A stretch of DNA of 64,000 nt from Fistulifera solaris (Eukaryota), in NCBI GenBank assembly GCA_030295235.1, contig AP026135.1, forward strand, positions 806,001 to 870,000, given 5' to 3'. Position numbers and translations under genes: made by a program. The notes beneath the pieces were generated by a model, which saw only the letters and a program-made list of their open reading frames with translations, was not told where the DNA came from and ran no database searches. Positions 37,529 to 47,698 of this stretch are shown here, one piece after another; position 1 is the stretch's first letter; each line of letters starts with the position of its first letter.

Positions 37529-40414
37529 ATGAACTGCCTTGTTAAGTTTCGATGGCTGCTGTTAGGGGCGCTGGTGAAGCTCGTTTCGACGCGATTGACG
37601 CCAGTCGTCAACTCTCATACAAAGATCTTATTGATCGACGTGGATAATACACTATACAGCGACCGGACTCACGGTATTGAACGGCAAATTGTTCAAAACA
37701 TTCATCGCTTTTGTCAGGAACGGCTGCAGATGACGGCGTCGCAAGCCGACGAATTGCATGCTAAATACGGATCTACGATTGAGGGTCTCCGCCAAACACT
37801 TTGGAATGATATACCGTCATGGAAACGGGAGGAACAAATGCGAGATTTCTACGACTTTGTCTACGCAAACATTCAGAAAGAGTCGCTCCTAGTGACCAGT
37901 AGGGAGACAAGTAGCTCGAATACGGGTTATACACACAACAGTGACCTGCAGGAACAATCGCGACAGGAACGTTTGCGGCAGCTTCTGAAGGTGTCACCAT
38001 TTCCTTTACACTTGGCTTCCAATTCACCGTTGCATCATATTGCGGATGTAGTGCAGCGAATGGGCTTGTGCGATGTCTTTGATCGTCTCTCATTCACGCC
38101 CGATTCTCCGAGGGCGAACGGGGGGAGAACGAAAACTGTCGAGTTCCCAACGAAACGACAAGCGTCGACATTCTTTGCTCCACTTCTATCGTCCGTCGAT
38201 GATACCGCGAAACACCAATTTGTCTTACTGGATGATTCACCAGCCGCACTAACAGCAGCTTCGCCTCCAATGAAAGGAGTACTGATCAACAATTCACCAG
38301 ACGCGGACCAGGGTGTGTCTCTCGACACGGCGCTTGCGCAAGAATATGGCTGGTTGGATCCAGATTATACGTTTTCGGACATTGAGTATTTGAGGGCGAA
38401 AAATGAGGTTGATTTGGGGTCGCTGAATCGAGAGGCATGGCAACACGTAGGAAATGAGCTCAGGGGGATGATCGCCACCGGGGCTGCCCCTTGTCGTCTG
38501 GCGATTGTGGATCTCGGTGCGGGTTTATTATCGATGCTTCGCTTGGTCGTGTTCGGCCACGACGATATGCCATCACTAAAAGACATGTTAGATGTCCCTG
38601 TTACGATGGATTACTATGCATACGAGCCGAATGAACAAGTTTGGACTGAGAGTATATTGGTTTTAAAAAGTTTAGGGTTTGAATTGGTTGAGGAAAGAAC
38701 ACTCAACGATAAGAAAAGGGTGGTGTTGACATACTCGCCTAAGAGTGATGAAACTCGTGTGACGGTACATCTACGATGTTGTGACTATCGGGATGATGAA
38801 AGCTCGGTTGAGATTTGTCCGCAGTTGATCGTTGGATGTTGCTTTGCCGACTTGATGGATCCGCGCGAATTGCCTTCTTCCCTGCTGAAATGCTTTCTCT
38901 CACAAAAACGGGAAGACAATGTTAGGGACTTTTGTGTCGCCTACTTCCCCATTACGTTTCGAGGGATCACTCAGTTGCTACCTTCACAGCCTTTCGAAGC
39001 GTCTTGCAGATCTGGTAGAACGATCCCATCCGATACGACTGTCTTCTCGCATTATGCCGATGTATTAAAATATCAGCATGGTCACAACCTCGACACTCAG
39101 TTGTTGGATACATCGATGAAAGAGTACGGTGCTGACTGTGTTTTTCAAGGCCGTTCGAACTGGCTCATTGATCCTCACCAACACGACTTCTTTTGGCAGA
39201 CGATGCTATACTTTTTCGGTAGCGTCGCTCCCGTAGATTTAGAGAAAACTGGGATATGGGATTTTGAGGGATGGATTTCAAGAACACGGAAAAACAACCC
39301 ACAAATTTACGTAGCCAACTTAGATCTCGTATATCGCATTCCTTTTTCAGGGAAGTGGCAGCTCAAATCCAGCGCAGAGACCTTGGCAAAATCTTTCCAA
39401 CATAGTATGTATGAAGAAATCCAATTCACTTCTCCCGGGCAGGTCACTTCCCAAAAAAAGAAACTCCCCAAACTATGCGGCGAACAAGTTCGAATCGAGT
39501 CCATAGCATCTCTGATCAGCACTGGAACGGAGCTCAAAATTTTTCATGGTTGTTTCGACGACGCTGCATTGGATGTGAACATTAAGGGAATGGACGACAC
39601 AAAGATGGCGTACCCTCTTGCGTATGGTTACTGCTTGGTCGGGCGTGTTGTTGAATGTGGTCCTGAGGTTCAGGATGCTGAGAACATTCTCGGCAGAACC
39701 GTTTTTGTCTTTGCTCCTCACACCTCTCAAGCGATCGTAGATTACTCAGGGGTACACTTTGTCCCAGACGACATTGATCCATATGATGCTATTTTCATGC
39801 CATCTGTGGAAACCGCTGTTTCTCTTATACACGAAGCTCACCCGCGTCTTGGGGATTCAGTTGGTGTTTTCGGCCAAGGACTTATAGGGCTACTCGTAAC
39901 GTGCCTTTTGAGCGACCAAGGACTCAACAAAATTTCAGGTAGATTTGGAACGGTATCAACTTTCGATTTATTGCCCGACCGTCTTGCCTTATCCGCTCTA
40001 ATGGGAGCATCGCAAGCACTTGCGCCAAATAGAGCAAGCGATGCCGGGCCATTTGATGTAACAATTGAAGTAAGCGGAAATCCACGCGCACTTCAATCCG
40101 CAATCGATTGTACACGTGACGGTGGAAGAATCATAATTGGATCTTGGTACGGAAACACTAATATCGCGCTATGCCTGGGTATAGACTTTCACCGGAGCCA
40201 CAAGGAATTGAAAGCATCTCAAGTAAGCTTTATACCACAGGGAATGCAGATGACTTGGACCAAGGATAGGCGCTTCCACCTAACCTGGGATTTGGTGAGG
40301 AAAATCAGGCCGTCCCGTCTGCTAACAAAGTGCTTAAAACTCTCAAACTGCCAGGAAGCATATGTCTTACTCAGTGAGGGCAAAGAAGTTGCTATTGCTT
40401 TTAAGTATTTATAA
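37529..40414 (+). CDS. Three-domain fusion: HAD pyrimidine-5'-nucleotidase-like + class I SAM methyltransferase-like + MDR (zinc-ADH-like) dehydrogenase
   Basis: One uninterrupted ORF. HAD: IDVDNTLY, YGSTIEGL, LASNS, LLDDS. MTase: YLRAKNEVD, IVDLGAG, CCFADL, YFPITF. MDR: SLISTGTE, YGYCLVG, VFGQGLIG, IEVSGNP, GSWYG, FHRSH. Confidence 0.85.
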   Translation: MNCLVKFRWLLLGALVKLVSTRLTPVVNSHTKILLIDVDNTLYSDRTHGIERQIVQNIHRFCQERLQMTASQADELHAKYGSTIEGLRQTLWNDIPSWKREEQMRDFYDFVYANIQKESLLVTSRETSSSNTGYTHNSDLQEQSRQERLRQLLKVSPFPLHLASNSPLHHIADVVQRMGLCDVFDRLSFTPDSPRANGGRTKTVEFPTKRQASTFFAPLLSSVDDTAKHQFVLLDDSPAALTAASPPMKGVLINNSPDADQGVSLDTALAQEYGWLDPDYTFSDIEYLRAKNEVDLGSLNREAWQHVGNELRGMIATGAAPCRLAIVDLGAGLLSMLRLVVFGHDDMPSLKDMLDVPVTMDYYAYEPNEQVWTESILVLKSLGFELVEERTLNDKKRVVLTYSPKSDETRVTVHLRCCDYRDDESSVEICPQLIVGCCFADLMDPRELPSSLLKCFLSQKREDNVRDFCVAYFPITFRGITQLLPSQPFEASCRSGRTIPSDTTVFSHYADVLKYQHGHNLDTQLLDTSMKEYGADCVFQGRSNWLIDPHQHDFFWQTMLYFFGSVAPVDLEKTGIWDFEGWISRTRKNNPQIYVANLDLVYRIPFSGKWQLKSSAETLAKSFQHSMYEEIQFTSPGQVTSQKKKLPKLCGEQVRIESIASLISTGTELKIFHGCFDDAALDVNIKGMDDTKMAYPLAYGYCLVGRVVECGPEVQDAENILGRTVFVFAPHTSQAIVDYSGVHFVPDDIDPYDAIFMPSVETAVSLIHEAHPRLGDSVGVFGQGLIGLLVTCLLSDQGLNKISGRFGTVSTFDLLPDRLALSALMGASQALAPNRASDAGPFDVTIEVSGNPRALQSAIDCTRDGGRIIIGSWYGNTNIALCLGIDFHRSHKELKASQVSFIPQGMQMTWTKDRRFHLTWDLVRKIRPSRLLTKCLKLSNCQEAYVLLSEGKEVAIAFKYL

Positions 40415-40533
40415 ATGAGAATCAATTAAATTAAACAACGTGAACAAAATTGTAATACATTGCTTCGAATATCGTAAACTCTTGTCACTGTTGTTGTAGA
40501 ACAAAAGTGCAGATTAGCGAATTATTTTCTGAT

Positions 40534-41751
40534 TCAAGGAACCCCTTCGAAAAAATCCTTCATCGTGCTTATTTCTTTGATGAGCTCAAGGTTTTGCAGC
40601 GTTAACCTTGGTCCCATCGGTGATGTGAGCGATGAACTACTTGTTTGAAACACGTCGTCTGTTGTCTCTCGTGACTTATAAACTTTTTGTTTGGACACAA
40701 GTCCGCGAATGTGCTGAAGTCTTCCTATTTGCCTCGACCTTGACGTTTGTGGAAAGGACTGATGCCCTTTTTCTGTGTCCTCTAAGTAACTCCAGAATTC
40801 CTGTGCGCTCGCATGGCGAATTCGACGTCTCTCTGCCATCATTTGACTTTCAGATAGAGAGCTCATGCTACCTTCTAGCTCCTCATTGAGATTATTCAAT
40901 CCATCTTTCACTGGGGTTACTACTGCTGATTGAGCTCCGTGCGGATCCACTCCCACACGTGATTCTCGGTTGCCTTCGTTTGCCGATTTACTTTGTGCCA
41001 GTTCACGCTTCTTTCGAACTTGGCGTCGCCTCGCTCTGAATATCGGTTTACTTTGTGCTGATAGGCTTTCACTATCTAATCCAGCGCATCCATTTATCAA
41101 AAGTGCAACATTGAGTTCCAAGTGTGGTTTCGATAAGGAAGAACCATCGATCCACACGGTTGCTGGATCCGTGGAGTGCCTTGACCTGCGGTTTTTCTGC
41201 GCGTGTGAAACTGGTATATCATCCAGTACAATAGAGCCATAACTCAAGTCATGCTCGGTTACACTATGATTCTCGTCCACAGTTACGAGTGTACTCAAGG
41301 ACTTTTCGAAAGATGAAGTGATCGCGTCGTTTTCGTCGTCGTCGTCACCGAGATTAAGAGCATCTGAATGTTGCGACATAAAGACAGTGAGATCTTTTTC
41401 AGCATCAGTGGAATCGTCGTCCATCGATCCTAAAGTCTTGTTTTTTAGAATGGTTTTGTAAGCAGCTTTTGTTAACCGGGGCGATCGCAATACTTTCTTT
41501 CGGCGCGGAGAAGACGAATCAGGGTTCGTCAAGTAACCTGTCATATCAGGAATTGATTGTGCCCGTTCCCGGCGAATAATCTTTGACGACTGTTCCTGTG
41601 GAGAGGCGTCAACCGAGGAGACATTGACATCCTCTTCTGCCCACACCGTGTCGGCCAAATCCATTTTGCGTTCTGGAGATGATACACATTTTCCTTCGCC
41701 AGAGTCACTGCTCAGCAAGATGCCCTCGCTGTGAGATTTATCAGGATTCAT
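40534..41751 (-). CDS. Hypothetical Ser/Asp-rich protein
   Basis: Long open frame (track 40534-41904) with a probable start at MNPDKS. No domain recognised. Confidence 0.6.
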   Translation of the reverse strand: MNPDKSHSEGILLSSDSGEGKCVSSPERKMDLADTVWAEEDVNVSSVDASPQEQSSKIIRRERAQSIPDMTGYLTNPDSSSPRRKKVLRSPRLTKAAYKTILKNKTLGSMDDDSTDAEKDLTVFMSQHSDALNLGDDDDENDAITSSFEKSLSTLVTVDENHSVTEHDLSYGSIVLDDIPVSHAQKNRRSRHSTDPATVWIDGSSLSKPHLELNVALLINGCAGLDSESLSAQSKPIFRARRRQVRKKRELAQSKSANEGNRESRVGVDPHGAQSAVVTPVKDGLNNLNEELEGSMSSLSESQMMAERRRIRHASAQEFWSYLEDTEKGHQSFPQTSRSRQIGRLQHIRGLVSKQKVYKSRETTDDVFQTSSSSLTSPMGPRLTLQNLELIKEISTMKDFFEGVP

Positions 41752-42379
41752 TTCCAGTTCCAAAAAGCCTATAATGTAATGGGCACGGCTATAGGTTAAT
41801 AAAATTCTGTCTTGTCTCGTAAGGTTGTCAACTGCCAACAACAACAGCATAGGCAGTAAGGAGACGAGTTGGGTGAAGACAGGGGCGGAGTATAATAAAT
41901 CCATCCAAGTCGCGCGATTTAGCGAACTTGGATACTACCGGTACCAGTACCGGTACCGGTACTTAACAGGTACTTGTACTAGATACTTGATCTTGTTGTC
42001 AACATCAGCTTCCACTATCCTATAGTAAGTACTAAGATCAAAAATTAATGTTCAATTAACAATATTGAATTGAGTTCCAGATTCCTGATTCCAGACTTAT
42101 TTCTTTGGGTTTACGGTTTCGTTTCCACTTTCCACTCTCTGCAGAATTCGAAATCATGTCGCAGTTCATAAAAGAGGTTTTTAACATAGGTGATCTAGAA
42201 AAGCTACGTCATGCATCCAAATTTTCCACGACCCCGACAAGCAATTAGAACGTTTTTTTCTGCATGTCCAGGAGAATAATGACAATGACGTATCTCCTTT
42301 ACAGCAACGAATAAGCCCATCTTCTATTGCAATCGAATGGAAGAGTTGAATAAGTTTGACTAAACATAGATGCTGAAAC

Positions 42380-43000
42380 ATGGGCCTGCCCTCTGCTTTT
42401 CGTAACACTACCGAAACCAAGTCAGGTGTGCGAGAATATGACGAACAAGAAACTCTAGCTGTGATTATCAATTTACTTCTGCTTCTTCTTGCCCTTGTGG
42501 TTGTATCGCTCCTGTGCTATATTATACGCTACATTATGCTGAAGATTCAACCGCTTGAAGAGTCTGAAAAGGCCGGGTCGAATGATGAGGATCGCGCTGA
42601 CTATATTAAGGAGAATCTCCGTGTTCACGCGTGGGTCGAAGGCAACCCGAGCGAGGACGAGGAAAAGGCAGGACAGGCAGACCACTGGAAACGTGAACTA
42701 TCAGAATCGTCTTTTGAGATTCATGATTTGAATTCCCAAGGACAGACAAAGGTATCGGATGAAGGGAACGCAAATATCAGTGAAAATAGTAATCGCAGCT
42801 TGGACAGTTTTTTCGAGGGATGTGCGATTTGTTTAGCGAATTACAGACGGAATCAGAAAGTTTGCGCATCTAGCAATCCGGCTTGTACGCACATATTTCA
42901 TGAGGAATGCATGGTGAACTGGTTGATGAAACATCATACTTGCCCTATTTGTGGGCAAATTTACATCATCACAAAGACCGTACCAAAATGTCCTGGATAA
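42380..43000 (+). CDS. TM + RING-H2 E3 ligase-like protein (paralog 1)
   Basis: N-terminal TM helix and CAICL...CTHIFHEECMVNWL....CPIC. Confidence 0.85.
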   Translation: MGLPSAFRNTTETKSGVREYDEQETLAVIINLLLLLLALVVVSLLCYIIRYIMLKIQPLEESEKAGSNDEDRADYIKENLRVHAWVEGNPSEDEEKAGQADHWKRELSESSFEIHDLNSQGQTKVSDEGNANISENSNRSLDSFFEGCAICLANYRRNQKVCASSNPACTHIFHEECMVNWLMKHHTCPICGQIYIITKTVPKCPG

Positions 43001-43528
43001 ATGAGAGAACCATCTCGAAATGTACCTAATTGGTTTCGCTGTTGATTTTCATACCTAGGTTGGCTTGACTCTTTTTACTTTTGATCCCAGCGCCAATTTT
43101 CGCTTAGATCTCAACATTTCACTGAATAATATTACCTCCCGACTCCATAATAAAGGCTCGGCCCGGAGACATGACACTTGGCATTTACTCCGTACTTTTT
43201 TCACTGAAAGAAGACAAATGCTCTTTTCTTCAGATTATTGACATAAGGTTGCTGCTGATTGAAAGTCACTATTCATCTAGATTACGCGTCAAAATTTGTT
43301 GTAAACAGTAAACAAAACATCTGGACGTTCTCCCCGACTCGGTGCTTTCAGTCCCGAGTCCGAATCGAAAATGCGAAGCGAGTCATCACTTTTTCGTCTT
43401 TTCTTTTGTTCTCTGCCAACACATTTTCCGAACCCGAAAAGAGCTTGACGCTTTCCCGATGATGAACAACAAGGAGCATCTCTACCACATAAACAATTAA
43501 GCAGCTAAACTCTATAACAAACAAAGAA

Positions 43529-44140
43529 ATGAGCAACCCCTATTATCTCCGTAACACAACCGATATAACCTCGAACGATGATGATGACTACGATCCACAA
43601 AGCCCAGTGGACGTACTCGTCAATTTACTGCTACTCATGGCAACTCTCACGGTAGTTTCACTTGTTTACTACCTCATATGTTACATCATGCTCAATGTTC
43701 AGTCGTCATCAGAATCTGCAGTAGCCGAGTCGAAACGAACAAAGCGGGCTGCCTTCATCAAAGAGAATCTCCTTGTCCATGAATGGGTTGACGACAGTCA
43801 GAATAACGACGAAGAAGCACAAGGACAAGGCGACTCGCAGCCAGCGAAACAAGAGCTAACAATACAATGTAGTGGGCATGATGAATTGGCTTCCCAAGTA
43901 CGAGCAAAAGCGTCCGAGGAAGCCCATGACGACGACAGTGCGTGCAGCACCGTTAGTTTGGACAGTTCCTTCGATGGATGCGCAATATGCTTGGCCGATT
44001 ATAAACAGAATCAAAAAGTTTGTGAGTCCAGTAATCCAGCTTGTACACACATGTTTCATGAGGAGTGCATGGTAAACTGGCTAATGAAACATCATAGGTG
44101 TCCTGTGTGCCGACAAAGATATATTGCACAGACGCCTTAA
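43529..44140 (+). CDS. TM + RING-H2 E3 ligase-like protein (paralog 2)
   Basis: N-terminal TM helix and CAICL...CTHMFHEECMVNWL....CPVC. Confidence 0.85.
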   Translation: MSNPYYLRNTTDITSNDDDDYDPQSPVDVLVNLLLLMATLTVVSLVYYLICYIMLNVQSSSESAVAESKRTKRAAFIKENLLVHEWVDDSQNNDEEAQGQGDSQPAKQELTIQCSGHDELASQVRAKASEEAHDDDSACSTVSLDSSFDGCAICLADYKQNQKVCESSNPACTHMFHEECMVNWLMKHHRCPVCRQRYIAQTP

Positions 44141-44207
44141 AATTCGGATAATTGAGAGATTTAAGTTCCAATGACCCCTTTATTTTATTTACAACCGGTA
44201 GAGCCTT

Positions 44208-46813
44208 TTATTGGATCTCGGCCGCGCTTTCTGAATCTTCCAAGTCGTTCAGGGTAGCTTGGAGTAAATTGGCAATCTCGCGAGCACTTGGTCTCTCTGT
44301 GGGATCGTAGGTATAGCATTTAAGCATAGCATCGCGAATTGCGACTACCTCGGGGTCTCTTGTATTCAAAACATCCTCTGGGATGAACGGAAGAGTGCCT
44401 TCTATTACTTTTTTCGTCACCTCTTCCTTTGCTGGGCGGCCACCGGGTTCTAGTTTATGCCATGGCTCGTGTCCACAGATCAAGCGGAAGAAAATGTGAC
44501 CCATTGAAAAGACGTCCACTTTCTCAGTTAGGTGTTGATCGTCGCGAGCTTCTTCGGGAGAGCGCCACTGTGGATTTGGATAACGAGCTGGAAAGCCGCA
44601 TGGTGTGTTTGACGTTGTGTTCCATCGTCGCAAGATACCAATGTTGAAATCGTTGAGTTTGAGCGTTCCTTTCACTGTGACTACGTTGGCAGGATTCACG
44701 TCAAAGTGAACCAACGTAGCGTTGCCATCTCCGTCAATTCCATGGACGTCAGCAATACCGTTCGCAATATCCCGTGCAATTCGCAATCTGGATAGCGGTA
44801 CCTTCTCGGCTTTTTTCAGCGAGTTGACCAAGTCGTGTTCCGTCGGCATACTCGGTAATGACAGAGTGCCCACAGTAACCGAAAATGTTGATCACGTGAG
44901 GGGATGAGGTCAAGCGCTCCATGGCGATGGCATCAACACGGTCGTTCTCAAAATGAGCTTCCTCGAAGCGATGTTCGATTCTGTGGACAGGGTTTACGGT
45001 CAGAAAAAGCATCGTTCATCATCGAGATACATAGATGGAATTACTTACCTGAGTGTCTTCAAGACAGTCGTGTCTCTCTCCTCCTTGGACTGATGCCCGC
45101 CAATTGTATCGACTCTCCAGGCATTCCTCCAGTATCCTTTGGTTCCGAAGAGATTAAAGTCATCTCCATTATCTTCACCAATTTTCGCAAGGTCGAGCTC
45201 ATGCATGGAATTACAGGAGGGATAAAAGCTGGTCTGCCACTTTTGCATGGGGACGCATTCACCGTCGGTAAGTGGCTTGCGGAGCTCCATTGTCGTCATC
45301 CTCTCGTCACTCGAATCCAGGACAGAATACAACTGCGTGTTATCTGTGAACTTGGCTGGGTAAAGCTCAATAGTTCGTGTTTTTAGCGGCGCCATATTCG
45401 GGTCGATGGAAACCATACGTCGCTGAGCTTCGGACCGCGTCTGTGATGGATGGTGGTAAAGTTCGGGGTCGATGGCACTGAATTGAGCAGACACGCCTGA
45501 AAGGGCGTGTTCAGGGAGAGCAAAGTGTGTTCTTGCTTGTGTGGCAATGTGTGCATGATGATGCGAGACTTTCTTGGTCTTTAACGTGCTCGCTTTTGCT
45601 TTTTCTTCCTCCATATCATCGTTGGACTGTTTCGCGTGTTTCTTTATTTCTGCGGGTCGCTTCGGCTGATCTTCTTTCGGACGCTTTGCCGCAGTATTCC
45701 GATGCGCGTCAGCACCACCACGAAGAACGGGTGGCGTTTCTTTCGAACGAATACGTTTGACCTTCGATAGATCCTTCTTTAACGCCTTGGCCTTCGTGGC
45801 AGCATCTGCCGAATCGTCCGTATCAAGTTGACGATACAAGACGGACATGTGTTTTGGATGTTCGAGCGCATCTAGCTCACTTGCAACCAGCATGGAATGA
45901 CCCGCTAGAAAGGTGAGACTGACGGACAAGAATCCGCACAAAACCATGATCCATGGGAACAAGCGAGAGCCTGCCAATCGCACGCATTGCTTGTGAAATG
46001 TCTCGGGTGTAGACGGTTGTTGGGAACCCAGTATACTGTCATGACGGTTCGAACGCCGCCGCCTGTACTTTCGAGAGACTTTCTTCGAGGCCCGTCTCGA
46101 ACGAGATGAGATAACAAATTCATCCGTGTCTTCACACTCTTCGTAGTTCAAATCCAAGGTAACTGTACTGCTGATGCTCTGATGCCGTAAATCGGACCCT
46201 GATATCGATCGACGCGAGCGCAAGCGCCACTGGGAAGGGTCACCGGGTATACATTGCGGAACCGTGTCGCTGGCCGCTCGGGGGAAATAGTCTCGTCGAC
46301 TAGGCAAGTCTTCAAACTGGATGAGATGCGCTGGCTCGCATTCATCTTCGAACGAATCGTTATCGGGCGATTCTGGAAATAGATTACTGCGAAACTCATT
46401 CGGGGGCTTTCTGGTCGACTGGGTCGATGTGTGTTGAAGCGAGTTTCATCGAGTCCACTGCTGCTCGTCATGCTCGAGGTGGATGTTGCCGAAGCTCCGC
46501 TCTTGTGTTCTACTAAAAATGACTTTGGGGTTGGCGTAGATAACTCTGGCAGGACCGACTCTAAAGTCCAGGACGATGGCTGAGGATCGGATAAACCCAT
46601 TGTAGGTGTTGTGGCATCGGTTTCCGGCGTCCCCACTCGTTCGCTTTCTTTCAGGAAGTCAGTCTTACGAGGTGATGAGGTCCAATCTGATTTCACAGTG
46701 ACTCGGATGCGATGAGGGCCGGGGGTGTTGCCACGGTTGTCGTCACGACTCGTGCTCGAACTTGTGTCACAGTCGGTGCAAGAGCTCGAAGAAGAATCGT
46801 CATGATCGAGCAT
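44208..46813 (-). CDS. Single-TM protein kinase, possibly PKDCC/VLK-like (intron 44981-45048; apparent frameshifts at 46402-46406 and 44811-44816)
   Basis: TM helix LFPWIMVLCGFLSVSLTFLAG, then WQTSFYPSCNSMHELD, GTKGYWRNAW, VLKTL, DAIAMERL, HFDVNPAN, LNDFN, WRSPEE and DVFSMG. Confidence 0.8.
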
Positions 46814-47698
46814 TGTTGTGAAACAGTCAACGACAAGTCAATCAAAGAGGCACGAAAGGTATCGAGTTGCAAGTGTTTGTGTTGTGTTCTGTTGTGTCTG
46901 TGTCGACTGTTGTTGCAGCGCCGGCTTTCTGCTCGAAAGTAATTGTTATGAATTGTTTTCTTTGCCTCTTCGATGGATCTGGATGACAATAATCGTTATC
47001 GTTCGGCCAAATTTACTTGAAAATTAGTCGATTTTCAAATACACGAGTTGCGCGTTGTGTGCGTTACCTCTGTCTCACAACGTGAGAGTGCACTCCTTGG
47101 TGGCTACCTAAGCCGAGGCAATTGTCCGAAGCTGATTTTTACTTAACTAACGTTACCTTGACTTTTGGGCGTGACATGCTTGCAGCGCCCTAAGTAGCGC
47201 GTCAGCCGACCGAATCGGAACACTCTTCGTTTGGATACTATAGATGCTTGTAAAAGTAAATAGTCCATTTTGTACCATTGTTTAAGAGATAATTCCCATA
47301 CTATCCGTTGGACGAGAATCGAATTGGAGGGAGAGTACGTGGAATTCACCTTCAATTTTTCGGCGGCCGGCCGGCCAACGATGTCCCAATTTTCTCGACG
47401 AACAGTAGCGACAGTTTTTTGGAAAGTGACTTACGTGTTTCACCGTGTGACAAGGCGGCGCAAATACCTACCTACCATTCCTTCACCCGACTCAGATTGA
47501 CACGTGACCGAAGTGAATGGAAAACCAGATCCATCGAAGATGGAGTCACGATCCAATCCGCATGCCGCCACGACCACGACTACCTTAGGAGGAATGGTGT
47601 TGCCTATGGATGCCTGCTATAGTTCTCATTAAATCTAAATGCTTTCGCATTACGCTATGTTCATATCAAAGTATTAAAGGCATGGAACGGAATCAGTA

